A DNA stretch of 64,000 nucleotides, from contig JAFVCC010000084.1 of NCBI GenBank assembly GCA_017479485.1, forward strand, positions 17,958 through 81,957. The letters are read 5' to 3'. Origin of the DNA: Bacilli bacterium. Its GTDB lineage: Bacteria > Bacillota_I > Bacilli_A > RFN20 > CAG-826. The position numbers and the translations under genes were made by a program. The notes below the pieces were generated by a model. It saw nothing but the letters and a program-made list of their open reading frames with translations. It ran no database searches and had not been told where the DNA came from. Of the stretch, positions 9,016 to 19,006 are shown in pieces; positions within the stretch are counted from its first letter, which is position 1, and each line of letters starts with the position of its first letter.

Positions 9016-10628
9016 AGAGGCATGTCCTCCATCTTAACGGCAGCGGGGACTTTGGGGAGGCCCGGCATGGTCAAGATGGTTCCGGTGAGGGGGACAACGA
9101 AGCGCGCCCCTGCGGAGAGGTTCACTTCGCGGATGTTGATGGTGAAGCCGCGCGGTGCGCCGAGGACCTTCGGGTCATCGGTGAAGGATTGCGGGGTTTT
9201 GGCGATGCAGACATAGGCGTCGCCATAGCCAAGGCGTTCGTATTCTTCGATCTGCTCGAGTGCCTTTGGAGCATATTCCACTTTGCCCGCATGGTAGATT
9301 TTCGTGCAGATGGTCTCGATCTTTTCTTTAATCGGGGCATTGAGATCATAGAGAGGACGGTATTCCGAAGGGCATTCCGCGAGGGTCTTGACGACGAGAC
9401 GCGCAAGGTCGGTGGAGCCTTCGCCGCCTTTGAGGAAGCCATCGAGGAACGCGACGGGATAGCCCTTCTCCTTGCAATAGTCTTCAAGTAACGCGATTTC
9501 GTCCGCGTCATCCGAGGCGAAGTGGTTAATGGCCACGACGACGGGAAGGCCATAAAGGCGGAGGTTATCGTAATGGGCGCTGAGGTTATCTAAGCCGCGG
9601 CGCAAGGCATCGCAATCTTTCTCGGCGAGGGATTCAAAAGGCTGTCCGCCATGCATCTTGAGCGCACGGATGGTCGCGACGAGGACGCAGGCATCGGGAT
9701 GGAGTCCGCCCACGCGGCATTTGATGTCGAGGAATTTCTCCGCACCAAGGTCGGCGGCGAATCCCGCTTCGGTGATGACGATCGGCGACATCTTCAAGGC
9801 GAGGCGCGTCGCAAAAAGCGAGTTGCAGCCATGGGCGATATTCGCAAACGGCCCCCCATGGACGAGGACAGGGTTATTCTCGAGTGTCTGAACGAGGTTG
9901 GGCTTAAGTGCTTCCTTCATGAGCTTCATGATGGCGTGCGAGATGCGGAGATCCTTGAGATAGAGGGGCTTCCCATCGAGGTCATAGGCCACCATGATGG
10001 CGTTGACGCGGTCCATGAAGTCCTGCTCGCTCGTGGAGAGGCATAAGATCGCCATGAGCTCGCTCGCGACGGTGATGACGAAATGGTCCTCACGGACTTT
10101 TCCTTTGGGATCCCCTTGGGCGACGGTGACGTTGCGAAGGGCGCGGTCATTCATGTCCATCGCGCGCTTCCAAAGGATGCGTTCCGGATCGATGCGGAGG
10201 GGGTTGCCCTGGTAAATGGAGTTATCGATGATCGCGGCGATCAGGTTGATGGACGAGGTTAACGCATGCATGTCCCCCGTAAAATGGAGGTTGATGTCCT
10301 CGCTCGGGGCGATGGAGGCTAAACCGCCGCCAGTCGCGCCGCCTTTGATGCCAAAGACGGGACCAAGGGATGGCTCGCGCAAGCAAAGCAATGCCTCCTG
10401 CCCAATCTTCGCCATGCCTTCGGCTAAAGAAATGGAAGTTGTGGTTTTGCCTTCGCCCGCCTTGGTTGGGGTAATGGCGGTGACCAAAACAAGTTTGCCG
10501 TCGGGACGGTCTTTGACTTGGTCGAAATAACGGTAGTCAATCTTGGCTTTATATTTGCCATACGGCTCGATGAATTCTTCGGGAATTTTCGCGGTTTTCG
10601 CAATTTCATTAATGGGTAAAAGAGACAT
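9012..10628 (-). CDS. fhs: formate--tetrahydrofolate ligase
   Basis: 538 aa with 'TPTKAGEGKTTTSI' and 'GGLHPDACVLVAT..' blocks that are diagnostic of Fhs. Confidence 0.95.
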   Translation of the reverse strand: MSLLPINEIAKTAKIPEEFIEPYGKYKAKIDYRYFDQVKDRPDGKLVLVTAITPTKAGEGKTTTSISLAEGMAKIGQEALLCLREPSLGPVFGIKGGATGGGLASIAPSEDINLHFTGDMHALTSSINLIAAIIDNSIYQGNPLRIDPERILWKRAMDMNDRALRNVTVAQGDPKGKVREDHFVITVASELMAILCLSTSEQDFMDRVNAIMVAYDLDGKPLYLKDLRISHAIMKLMKEALKPNLVQTLENNPVLVHGGPFANIAHGCNSLFATRLALKMSPIVITEAGFAADLGAEKFLDIKCRVGGLHPDACVLVATIRALKMHGGQPFESLAEKDCDALRRGLDNLSAHYDNLRLYGLPVVVAINHFASDDADEIALLEDYCKEKGYPVAFLDGFLKGGEGSTDLARLVVKTLAECPSEYRPLYDLNAPIKEKIETICTKIYHAGKVEYAPKALEQIEEYERLGYGDAYVCIAKTPQSFTDDPKVLGAPRGFTINIREVNLSAGARFVVPLTGTILTMPGLPKVPAAVKMEDMPL

Positions 10629-10684
10629 ATAGGCTCCTTTCGTTTTCGGTTAGTATAGTACGAATCTTTGCTTTGCCAACAGCC

Positions 10685-11554
10685 TTATTCCTCAATTGAG
10701 GAAAGGATGTCTTCTTCGCCTTCGACCCAAGTGGCGTCGAATTGGTGACGGAACCAGGTCAGCTGACGCTTCACATAGTTACGGGTGTTCTTCTTGATGA
10801 GCTCCTTGGTTTCCTCCAAAGTGGCTTTTCCATCTAAGTAAGGGAAGAGCTCTTTCACGCCAATCGCGCGGAAAGCGGGCACTTCTCTGCCATATTTCTG
10901 GATGAGGGGTACCGTCTCTTCCAATAGCCCTTGCTCAAACATGTGATCGACGCGCTCGTTCACATGCTCATAGAGCTGCTCGCGTTCCCGATTCAGGGAA
11001 TAGAAGCGCGCAGGGTAAAGCATCCGATGGGCTTGGCGCGATTCGATGTCGCTTTTCTTTTCGCCCGAGCCAAGGCATACCGCGATGGCGCGGAGGACGC
11101 GCACGCGGTTATGAGGGTGTATCGCTTCGGCGGAAGCAGGGTCGATGGAACGGAGGAAATCATAGAGTTCCGCGTCCTCCATTTTCTCATAGGATGACAA
11201 ATCCACGGGGGGCATGGATGCGAATTCGTAGTCGTAGATGGCCGCTTTGATATATAGGCCCGTGCCACCGGCGATAATGACGTGCTGGTTCTTTTCCAGA
11301 CAATAGTGAAGGACGGAGCGCATATCCGCTTGGTATTCGGCCACGTTATAGGCAGCATCAAGCGGAAGGAAGTCGTAGAGATAATGTGGCGCTTCCGCCA
11401 TCATGGCCTTCGTGGGCTTCGCGGTGGCGATGCTAAGTTCCTGATAGACCTGAAAAGCATCGGCGTTAATGATGGCCGCGCCAAGTTTCTTGGCTAAGGA
11501 CAAAGCAATGTCGCTTTTCCCTGAGCCCGTTGGACCAGTGAGGACGAGGATCAC
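10685..11554 (-). CDS. miaA: tRNA dimethylallyltransferase
   Basis: 289 aa. P-loop 'GPTGSGKS' and 'IAGGTGLY' blocks. Confidence 0.93.
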   Translation of the reverse strand: MILVLTGPTGSGKSDIALSLAKKLGAAIINADAFQVYQELSIATAKPTKAMMAEAPHYLYDFLPLDAAYNVAEYQADMRSVLHYCLEKNQHVIIAGGTGLYIKAAIYDYEFASMPPVDLSSYEKMEDAELYDFLRSIDPASAEAIHPHNRVRVLRAIAVCLGSGEKKSDIESRQAHRMLYPARFYSLNREREQLYEHVNERVDHMFEQGLLEETVPLIQKYGREVPAFRAIGVKELFPYLDGKATLEETKELIKKNTRNYVKRQLTWFRHQFDATWVEGEEDILSSIEE

Positions 11555-13299
11555 GAAAGTTCCCCCACTACCGCGGAAAGTTCCGCGTGAAGCTCCTCGC
11601 TGGCAGATTCCATGTTTTGGACAAGCGGATGGGCGAGATAATCCTTCTTGCTTTGTTCATAAACCTTCTTTTGGCGCGCATAAAGGACATCATCCCCTTT
11701 TGCAGCGGCGTCCATCATGGCGCGCTGGGCAGACTCGATCGCGTCGCGGAGTTCTTTTACCCCCGCGTCTTCTTCCATCGCCTTTTTCGCGGCGAAATAG
11801 CGCTGGGCCACTTCTTCTTCAAGCAAGGCCGAAGCCGCGTCTTTGGCCAGGATAATCCACGGGTCCTCCGCGAGTTCCCCAAGCATGGAGAAGGTATGGG
11901 ACTCGGTTACTTTGACTTTCACGATATGGCCACGGAGTGCGGCAGGTCCGGCGAAATGGATGAGCTTGCTCGATTCGGTATAACCCGAAAGCATGCCGGG
12001 GTCCTTTTTGCTTGGACCATCGACCAAGACGTCATAGGTCTTGCCCACCATCGTCTCGGCATGGGCAGTGACTTCGCGCTCAATTTCCTTGACGAGGCGC
12101 ATGAATCGCTCGTGCTTATCCGCATCGGAGACATTATCGGGAATCTTCGCGGCGGGTGTGCCCTTGCGGGGCGAGTAGATGAAGGTGAAGGCCGCGTCAT
12201 AGCCAACTTCTTGGCAGAGGGTCAACGTATCTTCAAATTCCTCCGCGGTTTCGTTGGGGAAGCCGACGATGATGTCGGTAGTAATCGCGCACTCGGGCAT
12301 CCGCGCACGAATCTTCTTCACCAAAGCAAGATAATCCTCGCGGCTATATCTTCTTCCCATGCGGCGAAGCACCGCATCCGAACCCGATTGGACGGGGAGG
12401 TGGATGCATTTCATGATGTTGGGGTAGCGTGCGATGACGTCGAGCATCTCGTCGCTGAAGTCCCAAGGATGGGAGGTCATGAAGCGCAGACGCTTGATGC
12501 CAAGTTTCGCCACTTCCTCCAAAATCGTCGCAAAACTCGTCCCATTATGGAAATCTTTGCCATAGGAATTCACGTTTTGACCAAGGAGGGTGATCTCTTG
12601 ATACCCCTGCTCCACGAGTTTCTTGCACTCGTCTAAAATGTCTTCCTTTTGACGGGAGCGTTCTCTCCCGCGGGTATAGGGGACGATGCAATAAGTGCAG
12701 AACTTGTCGCAGCCATAAGTGATGTTCACATAGGCCTTATATTCATCTAAGCGCGTGGAAGGCAGGTTCTCGACGATGTCGCCCGGGAAGGAAAGCACCT
12801 CCACGAGGTCTTTCTTCTTCTCGAGGTGTTCTTCTAGCAACGGCAAGAGGTTGGAGACGTTATGCGTGCCGAAGATGACGTTGATATAGGGGTAGCGCTT
12901 CATCAACTCTTCCGCGACGTGCTCCTCCTGCATCATGCAGCCGCAGACGCAGAGGATGAAGGATTTGTCGCGGAGATGGTTGGCTTTGTATTTGCCGATT
13001 TCGCCATAGACTTTCTCTTCGGCATTTTCGCGCACGGCGCAGGTATTGATGATGGCGAGGTCCGCCTCTTCTTCGGAGGAGGCGCGTTCCATGCCCGCAA
13101 GAGAGAGATAGCCCGCCATGATTTCCTCGTCGCGGACGTTAGCTTGGCAACCGAAGGTGCAGATCCAATACTTCCTGCCTTTGGCAAAAGAAGCGAAAAG
13201 CGGAGGGATGACAACCTCATCCCGGTGGAGAGTAGGAAGATCGACGCGGTTGCGCGCCTTTGACATATCCGGCAGTGATTTATAGATTTTCTTAGCCAT
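11551..13299 (-). CDS. miaB: tRNA-i6A37 methylthiotransferase MiaB (YmcB-type) with a C-terminal YmcA/YlbF (RicA)-like extension
   Basis: MTTase N-domain 'YWICTFGCQAN', radical-SAM 'YGCDKFCTYCIVP' and a TRAM domain ending near '...HTFSMLGELAE'. It then continues ~110 aa with a helical tail ending '...YLAHPLVQNMESASEELHAELSAVVGEL'. Start taken at MAKKIYKSL (ATG 13299), a few nt past the ymdB stop; an upstream in-frame start at 13317 is possible. Confidence 0.85.
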   Translation of the reverse strand: MAKKIYKSLPDMSKARNRVDLPTLHRDEVVIPPLFASFAKGRKYWICTFGCQANVRDEEIMAGYLSLAGMERASSEEEADLAIINTCAVRENAEEKVYGEIGKYKANHLRDKSFILCVCGCMMQEEHVAEELMKRYPYINVIFGTHNVSNLLPLLEEHLEKKKDLVEVLSFPGDIVENLPSTRLDEYKAYVNITYGCDKFCTYCIVPYTRGRERSRQKEDILDECKKLVEQGYQEITLLGQNVNSYGKDFHNGTSFATILEEVAKLGIKRLRFMTSHPWDFSDEMLDVIARYPNIMKCIHLPVQSGSDAVLRRMGRRYSREDYLALVKKIRARMPECAITTDIIVGFPNETAEEFEDTLTLCQEVGYDAAFTFIYSPRKGTPAAKIPDNVSDADKHERFMRLVKEIEREVTAHAETMVGKTYDVLVDGPSKKDPGMLSGYTESSKLIHFAGPAALRGHIVKVKVTESHTFSMLGELAEDPWIILAKDAASALLEEEVAQRYFAAKKAMEEDAGVKELRDAIESAQRAMMDAAAKGDDVLYARQKKVYEQSKKDYLAHPLVQNMESASEELHAELSAVVGELS

Positions 13300-14089
13300 G
13301 GATGCGTTCCTTTCCATTTACATAAACAAGCGGGGTAATCGCTTTGCATAAATACGTTTGCTCGTCGATATCGAGCAAAACGGCATTGACCATCGCCTCC
13401 GCTTCGTCATCGACGCGCATGGGGTTTGGCCCATTAAAGTAGATGCGGTCGATTACCGATTGAGGCTCGAAGCCAATCACCGACTCATACGCGCCGCACA
13501 TCCCAACGTCGGAGATGAACCCCGTCCCTTGAGGCAATATGCGCGCATCGGCGGTTTGGACATGGGTATGGGTGCCAAGCACCGCGCTCACCATGCCATC
13601 GAAATAATGGGCGAAGAGCGATTTCTCCGAGGTGGACTCCGCGTGGTAGTCGACGATGTGGACGCCTTCGGGCGCTTCATCGAGGATTTCGTGCATGGAG
13701 GCGCTTGGGGAATTCACTTCTTCCTTCATGAAGGCGGTGCCTAGGAGATTGGACACCGTCACGGGCACGCCGTTGACGTCCAAACTGACATAGCCCTGCC
13801 CTAAATCATAGTCGCGGACGTTATGAGGACGGACGAGCGTGTCGATGGCCTCGAGATCGTCATCGATGGACTTGCGGGTCCTCCAATGATTCCCGAGGGT
13901 AATGACGTCGACCCCCATGTCTTTTAACGCGAGGCAATCGCGGTGAGTTAAGCCAAATCCTTGCGAGGCATTCTCCCCATTCGCAATGATGAGGTCCGCC
14001 TCGTAACGCTTGGCCAAAAAAGGCAAAACGTCGGAAACCGCAGTCATGCCACGGTTCCCGACGATATCTCCGAAGAACAGAATCTTCAC
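13292..14089 (-). CDS. ymdB: 2',3'-cyclic-nucleotide 2'-phosphodiesterase YmdB (metallophosphoesterase)
   Basis: 265 aa 'MKILFFGDIVGNRG...IANGENAS...GNHWRT'. YmdB/TIGR00282-type calcineurin-like phosphoesterase, positioned directly downstream of rny as in B. subtilis. Confidence 0.88.
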   Translation of the reverse strand: MKILFFGDIVGNRGMTAVSDVLPFLAKRYEADLIIANGENASQGFGLTHRDCLALKDMGVDVITLGNHWRTRKSIDDDLEAIDTLVRPHNVRDYDLGQGYVSLDVNGVPVTVSNLLGTAFMKEEVNSPSASMHEILDEAPEGVHIVDYHAESTSEKSLFAHYFDGMVSAVLGTHTHVQTADARILPQGTGFISDVGMCGAYESVIGFEPQSVIDRIYFNGPNPMRVDDEAEAMVNAVLLDIDEQTYLCKAITPLVYVNGKERIHG

Positions 14090-14092
14090 GCG

Positions 14093-15667
14093 TTATTTCG
14101 CGGTTTCGACCGCACGGTATTCGCGAATGACGGACACTTTGATTTGTCCGGGGTAGGTAACCTCCTGTTCGATGCGTTCACGCATTTGCTGCGCCATCTT
14201 GATGGCTTCGGCGTCCGAGACGCGCTCGGGGATGACCATGACGCGGACTTCGCGGCCGGATTGCATGGCATAGGCCTGCTGGACGCCATCGAAGGACTTG
14301 GCGATGGTCTCGAGTTGCTCGATGCGTTTGACGTAAGTCTCTAGCGTCTCGCTGCGAGCACCAGGGCGGGCGGCGCTTAACGCGTCAGCCGCGGCGACCA
14401 GATATGCGATGACCGAACGGGCTTCGACGTCGCCATGGTGCGATTCGATCGCGTTGATCACGACTTCGTTTTCGCCATATTTCTTCGCGAGTTGGGCGCC
14501 GAGTTGGACGTGGCTGCCCTCGAGTTCGAAGTCGACGGATTTGCCGATATCGTGGAGAAGGCCAGCGCGACGGGCCAAATTGACGTCGAGGCCAAGCTCG
14601 CCAGCCATAATGCCGGTGAGGTAGGCGACTTCCATCGAATGGGTTAAGCCATTTTGGCCATAGGAGGTGCGGTAATGGAGGCGGCCGATATAGGAAACAA
14701 GTTCCCTATTGATGCGCGGCAAGCCGAGTTTGAAGCAGGCCTCTTCACCGTATTTGAAGGTGGATTCTTCCACTTCCTTACGGCATTTGGCCACCACTTC
14801 TTCGATACGGCCCGGCTGGATGCGGCCGTCTTTGACGAGGTATTCGAGGGCGCGGCGAGCAATTTCGCGACGGATGGGGTCGAAGCAGGAAACGGTGATG
14901 GCTTCGGGGGTGTCATCGATGACGAGGTCGACACCGAGCTCGGCTTCAAGGACGCGGATGTTGCGGCCTTCACGTCCGATGATGCGGCCTTTCATCTCAT
15001 CGCTTGGCAGGGCGACGACGGAAACGGTGCGCTCGGTGGTGACATCCTGGGCGTAACGTTGGCACGCCATGGCGAGGAGGTCAACGGCTTTCGCTTGGGC
15101 GGTTTCGCGGGCCTCATCTTCCGCGTTTTTGATGTAGGCGGCGATTTCCATCGACATCTTGGATTCAACGCGGGCCATGATTTCGTCATGGGCTTCGGCG
15201 GTGGACATACCGGCGACTTTCTCTAATTCCTTGAGGATGTCGTCGATTTTCTGGTCGAGTTCGGCATTGCGCTTCTTGTAGGACTCGATGGAATCGTCGA
15301 GGCGCGCTTTCTTGTCTTCAAGGACGCGCTCCTTCTCCAAAAGCGCATTCTCACGGGTCTCGAAGGCGTCTTGGCGGAGGGAGAGCTTCTGCTCTTCCGC
15401 GGCCACTTCAGCCTTGCGGGCACGGGCTTCATTCTCCGCCTGTTGACGGATCTCAAACGCCGCCTGTTTGGCGTCGAGTTGGGCGCCTTTGACGAGGTGT
15501 TCGGCCTTGATCTTGGCCTCTTTGAGAATGTCTTCAGCGCCTTTTTTGGCTTTTTTGTCCCTCATTCGGAACACGACGAACAGCACCGCTACCCCGGCCG
15601 CAATAACACCAAAGACAATTGCAAGGACGAGGAGGGTGACGTTCAATGCATCGGATAAAACGTACAT
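14093..15667 (-). CDS. rny: ribonuclease Y
   Basis: 524 aa with an N-terminal TM helix, a coiled-coil region, a KH domain ('[12 protein letters not shown]') and an HD domain ('LLHDIGK'). AGGAG SD 9 nt upstream. Confidence 0.95.
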   Translation of the reverse strand: MYVLSDALNVTLLVLAIVFGVIAAGVAVLFVVFRMRDKKAKKGAEDILKEAKIKAEHLVKGAQLDAKQAAFEIRQQAENEARARKAEVAAEEQKLSLRQDAFETRENALLEKERVLEDKKARLDDSIESYKKRNAELDQKIDDILKELEKVAGMSTAEAHDEIMARVESKMSMEIAAYIKNAEDEARETAQAKAVDLLAMACQRYAQDVTTERTVSVVALPSDEMKGRIIGREGRNIRVLEAELGVDLVIDDTPEAITVSCFDPIRREIARRALEYLVKDGRIQPGRIEEVVAKCRKEVEESTFKYGEEACFKLGLPRINRELVSYIGRLHYRTSYGQNGLTHSMEVAYLTGIMAGELGLDVNLARRAGLLHDIGKSVDFELEGSHVQLGAQLAKKYGENEVVINAIESHHGDVEARSVIAYLVAAADALSAARPGARSETLETYVKRIEQLETIAKSFDGVQQAYAMQSGREVRVMVIPERVSDAEAIKMAQQMRERIEQEVTYPGQIKVSVIREYRAVETAK

Positions 15668-15799
15668 TGTAATAACTCCTAGAAACGGCCTAAAGAAACC
15701 GCTATCCCATTCATGGTCAAAGACTAGAGGCTTATGTGTATCACCGGCGAACCGGATAATCCCTAGAATAAGGCAAACTGGATAGGCAGTACCTTAGGT

Positions 15800-15840
15800 A
15801 CGGCTGTATTCTACCAATCCGCGGAGGTATTTTGCATAAA
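15800..15840 (-). promoter_or_regulatory. putative rny promoter (extended -10 TGGTAGAAT) giving a ~130-nt leader
   Basis: rc of 15808..15816 is TGGTAGAAT. No strong -35 was recognised. Confidence 0.35.
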
Positions 15841-15919
15841 AGATTTTCATCGATACAAAACCACGGGGGACGTGCATCAAATTTCGCAAAAAAATATTTT
15901 GATTCGGAACGTTTTTAGC

Positions 15920-15953
15920 GGAGAAGAAAAACCCGCTAGAGGCCTAACGGGTT
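15920..15953 (-). terminator. intrinsic terminator after recA
   Basis: In minus sense, CCCGUUAG-GCCU-CUAGCGGG forms a hairpin followed by UUUUUCUUCU. Confidence 0.65.
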
Positions 15954-15965
15954 CAAGGGCTAAGA

Positions 15966-16994
15966 CTATTCCGCGGGCTTTGGTGCGGGCGGGTTGAAGG
16001 ATTCGCGGATCTGCGCTTCTAAGGCTTCCGTGACTTCCGGATGGGCCTCGAGGTAGCCTTTCGCGGCTTCGCGGCCGTTGCCGATCTTATCCGCGCCGAG
16101 CTGGTACCAGTTGCCGGATTTGGCAATGAGACCAAGTTGTTCGCCAAGGTCGAGGAGTTCCGCGGTCTTGGAGATGCCTTTGCCATAGATCATCTCAATG
16201 ACGCAGGTCTTATACGGCGGAGACACTTTGTTCTTCACGATTTTCACTTTGACGGTGTTGCCGATGACTTCGCTGCCCATCTTGATCGCTTCCGCGCGGC
16301 GGATATCGATGCGGATGGAGGAATAGAACTTCAGCGCCATACCACCGGTGGTCGTCTCGGGATTGCCATAGAGCACGCCGACTTTCTGGCGGAGCTGGTT
16401 GATGAAGATGACGACCGTTCCAGTGCGATTTAGAATACCGGCGATCTTACGGCAACCTTTGGACATCAAGCGGGCTTGGAGGCCGACTTGGTTATCCGAC
16501 ATGACGCCGTCGAGTTCCGCTTGCGGAACCAATGCCGCGACCGAGTCGATGACGAGTAGGTCGATCGCGTTGCTCTCTGCGAGCATCTCCGCGATTTCGA
16601 GCGCTTGTTCGCCCGAATCCGGTTGGGACAAGAGAAGCTCGTCGATATCGACGCCAAGCTTCGCCGCATATTCGGGGTCGATCGCGTGTTCGGCATCAAT
16701 GAATGCCGCACGTCCGCCTTTGCGCTGAGCTTGGGCGATGGCCTCAAGAGCCAAGGTCGTTTTGCCTGAGGACTCAGGGCCATAGATTTCAATGATTCTC
16801 CCGCGCGGATAGCCGCCCACGCCGAGAGCCTGGTCGAGAAGAATGGAGCCGGTGGGGATGACGTCGACGTTGACGTGTTCCCGTTCGCCAAGTTTCATGA
16901 TGGCGCCTTTGCCATAGGTCTTCTCAATATCTTTGATCGCGTCTTGCAACGCTTTCGCATTAGGGTCTTTTTCTTTTTCTTTTTCCGTAGCCAT
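15966..16994 (-). CDS. recA: recombinase RecA
   Basis: 342 aa. 'GPESSGKTT' Walker A and the L1/L2 loops are conserved, and the sequence aligns along its full length with RecA. Confidence 0.97.
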   Translation of the reverse strand: MATEKEKEKDPNAKALQDAIKDIEKTYGKGAIMKLGEREHVNVDVIPTGSILLDQALGVGGYPRGRIIEIYGPESSGKTTLALEAIAQAQRKGGRAAFIDAEHAIDPEYAAKLGVDIDELLLSQPDSGEQALEIAEMLAESNAIDLLVIDSVAALVPQAELDGVMSDNQVGLQARLMSKGCRKIAGILNRTGTVVIFINQLRQKVGVLYGNPETTTGGMALKFYSSIRIDIRRAEAIKMGSEVIGNTVKVKIVKNKVSPPYKTCVIEMIYGKGISKTAELLDLGEQLGLIAKSGNWYQLGADKIGNGREAAKGYLEAHPEVTEALEAQIRESFNPPAPKPAE

Positions 16995-17042
16995 AAATGG
17001 TACCTCCTCTCTCTTATAACGGCAAAAATCGCTTGAGGCGAA

Positions 17043-17519
17043 TTATTTTGCCGCGGGGAAGGAACTGAGTCCGAGGGAAACCATCATATCGACGGCATCC
17101 GCGCGGATTTCGTTGCGCTCACCTTCGAAATGATAACGGAAGGACCAGACGCCATCCTTCGTGGCGAGGGCGAAGCACACATCGCCCACTCCCGCTTCTC
17201 CTGGTTCCGCGCTAGGACCGGCATTGCCCGTGACGGACAAGACGACGTCCACGCCGAGAACTTTGCGGCCATTGCGCGCCATTTCGGCGGCGACGGCCTC
17301 GCTCACGACACCGTTTTCTTCAATGAATTTCGGGTCGATGCCAAGAACTTTCGCTTTCACATCGACGGAATAGGAGACGATGCCTCCCTTGAAGACGTTG
17401 CTCGCGCCCGGGATTTCGGCGGCGCAGGAGGCAAAGAGACCTCCCGTCATCGATTCCACGCTGCCGAGGGTCAAATTACGGTCGGCGAGGTTTTGCAGTA
17501 AATCATGCATGCAGCTCAT
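17043..17519 (-). CDS. cinA: CinA C-terminal domain protein / nicotinamide-nucleotide amidohydrolase (PncC-like)
   Basis: 158 aa with 'LTLGSVESMTGGL' and 'VTGNAGP' blocks of the CinA C-terminal domain. pgsA-cinA-recA order as in Bacillus. Confidence 0.85.
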   Translation of the reverse strand: MSCMHDLLQNLADRNLTLGSVESMTGGLFASCAAEIPGASNVFKGGIVSYSVDVKAKVLGIDPKFIEENGVVSEAVAAEMARNGRKVLGVDVVLSVTGNAGPSAEPGEAGVGDVCFALATKDGVWSFRYHFEGERNEIRADAVDMMVSLGLSSFPAAK

Positions 17520-18147
17520 TGTTTTCCTCCTTTAAGATATGGAAATTGTCTTTGAGATAGATGACGCCAGAGATGATGGACATCGCGGTGGCGATGTAGA
17601 TCAAGATGTAGCAGATGCGGCCATAGCCCCATCCCGCATCGAAGTAGGTGAAGGGCCATCCGCCAAGAAGCGCGAAGGGGATCGCGACCATCTGGAAGAC
17701 GGTCTTCATTTTGCCAAAGATGTTCGCGGCGACGACTTTGCCTTTGCTCGCGGCGAGGAAGCGCATCGTGTCAACCACGAGATCGCGGAGGATCATGAAG
17801 GCCACGCAGAACCAGGGGATGGGCGCGGGGTTGCAAAGCATCGGGACGCAAAGGTAGACGAGCATCGTGTTGACGAGCATCTTGTCGGCGATGGGATCAA
17901 GGAATTTGCCTAAGGTGGTAACTTGGTTCCACTTACGGGCTAAATGACCGTCGAGCCAATCCGTCGCCGAGGCCACGATGAAGATAATGCAGGCGATGAG
18001 GTTGACCAGCGAGATGCCGGAATCGCCGAGATATATTCCCGCGAAGGAATCGCTTGGCATGACCGAAGCAACGATCAAAAAGACGATCAATAACGCAACA
18101 GCAGCGATGCGTACAAGGGTGATTTTCGTGGGAATGTTGATTTTCAT
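17503..18147 (-). CDS. pgsA: CDP-diacylglycerol--glycerol-3-phosphate 3-phosphatidyltransferase
   Basis: 214 aa CDP-alcohol phosphatidyltransferase with a 'DWLDGHLAR...G...DPIADK' motif and multiple TM helices. Confidence 0.9.
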   Translation of the reverse strand: MKINIPTKITLVRIAAVALLIVFLIVASVMPSDSFAGIYLGDSGISLVNLIACIIFIVASATDWLDGHLARKWNQVTTLGKFLDPIADKMLVNTMLVYLCVPMLCNPAPIPWFCVAFMILRDLVVDTMRFLAASKGKVVAANIFGKMKTVFQMVAIPFALLGGWPFTYFDAGWGYGRICYILIYIATAMSIISGVIYLKDNFHILKEENNELHA

Positions 18148-18164
18148 AGGTTTCCTTTTTGATT

Positions 18165-18500
18165 GAGTATCCGGCCCTGTAAGCCATGTTCTGTCGAGGA
18201 CGACAATTTATCTCAGCCGAAGCCGGCCACCGTCCCTTCAATTTGTTTCGGTGGCTTCCCCTACCAATTTTGGGTTTCTCGCTTGTGGGGTTTACCGCGT
18301 TTCATCTTGGCGTCGCCGCCAAGCTCGTCTCTGTGGCACCTTGGGGATTCCGGTCTACGTGAGGCCTTCCTCCGCCGTTAGGGACTCCTCCCTACCTAAG
18401 GTTATGACTTCCCTTAGCGCAATCACTACTCCCATCGCAGGAAGTGCGAGCATGGACTTTCCTCTATCCCGAGGGACAGCTATCGTCCGGGCCGGATGTT
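18165..18500 (-). ncRNA. rnpB: RNase P RNA, bacterial type B
   Basis: rc contains the conserved B-type blocks GAGGAAAGUCCAUGCUCGCAC, GUGCCACAGAGACGAGC, ACGCGGUAAACCCC, AGCGAGAAACCCAAAAUUGGUAGGGGAA and ACAUGGCUUACAG. P1 forms by AUCCGGCCC pairing with GGGCCGGAU. Total length is ~336 nt. Confidence 0.9.
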
Positions 18501-18862
18501 CAAATCTTTCTGGGGTCGACGCCAAGGCGGAAGAGCTCTTTCTCGAGTCGGCCGATGCGCTGCAATAAGTCGATGTTGTTCGTGGTCACCGAATCGGAAT
18601 CCTTGATGCCTTCCAATCGCTTGGAGAGCCTCGCGTTATCCACTTCGAGCCCCGAAACTTGATCTCGGCTTTTCCGCAGCTGGGTTTCCAGTTCGACGAT
18701 GTATTTCTGCGAATCCTTGTAGTAAGCCTCGAAAGCCTGATAGTCCTTCGCGATATTGTCGAGGAATTCGTCGACTTGGTCGGCGTCATATCCTTTGACA
18801 TCCGGGGTGAAGACCTTCGTCAGGATGAGCTTCGCATTTAATGAAATCGTTTTGTCGTCCAT
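18500..18862 (-). CDS. gpsB: cell-cycle/divisome protein GpsB (DivIVA-domain)
   Basis: 120 aa. DivIVA N-domain 'FTPDVKGYDADQVDEFLDNIAKDY' plus a C-terminal coiled coil. Adjacent to rnpB as in B. subtilis. Confidence 0.85.
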   Translation of the reverse strand: MDDKTISLNAKLILTKVFTPDVKGYDADQVDEFLDNIAKDYQAFEAYYKDSQKYIVELETQLRKSRDQVSGLEVDNARLSKRLEGIKDSDSVTTNNIDLLQRIGRLEKELFRLGVDPRKI

Positions 18863-19006
18863 GGTTGCCTTGGCTTCAATTATATTGAAGGGTGGGGATT
18901 ATCTCAATATGCATTAAATGAAAAAGAAGCCGAATCTGCGCGGAAAAAGAGCTTTTGCCGGCCTAGGTGCATCGCGTATCGCTTTGCGGTATAATCCCTA
19001 GGATTT

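Noticed and set aside
16995-17042. Search for a LexA/Cheo box (GAAC-N4-GTTC) upstream of recA, with the same search upstream of recN at 44832..44916.
   Set aside because: No match was found by eye in either intergenic region. SOS regulation cannot be asserted from this window.
18901-18920. 12-nt string TCAATATGCATT shared between the gpsB upstream region (18905..18916) and the hbs upstream region (22597..22608). It looks like a shared operator.
   Set aside because: In both places it coincides with the TTGA of a -35 hexamer plus an AT-rich upstream element. A single 12-mer recurrence is expected by chance many times in 128 kb of two-strand sequence.
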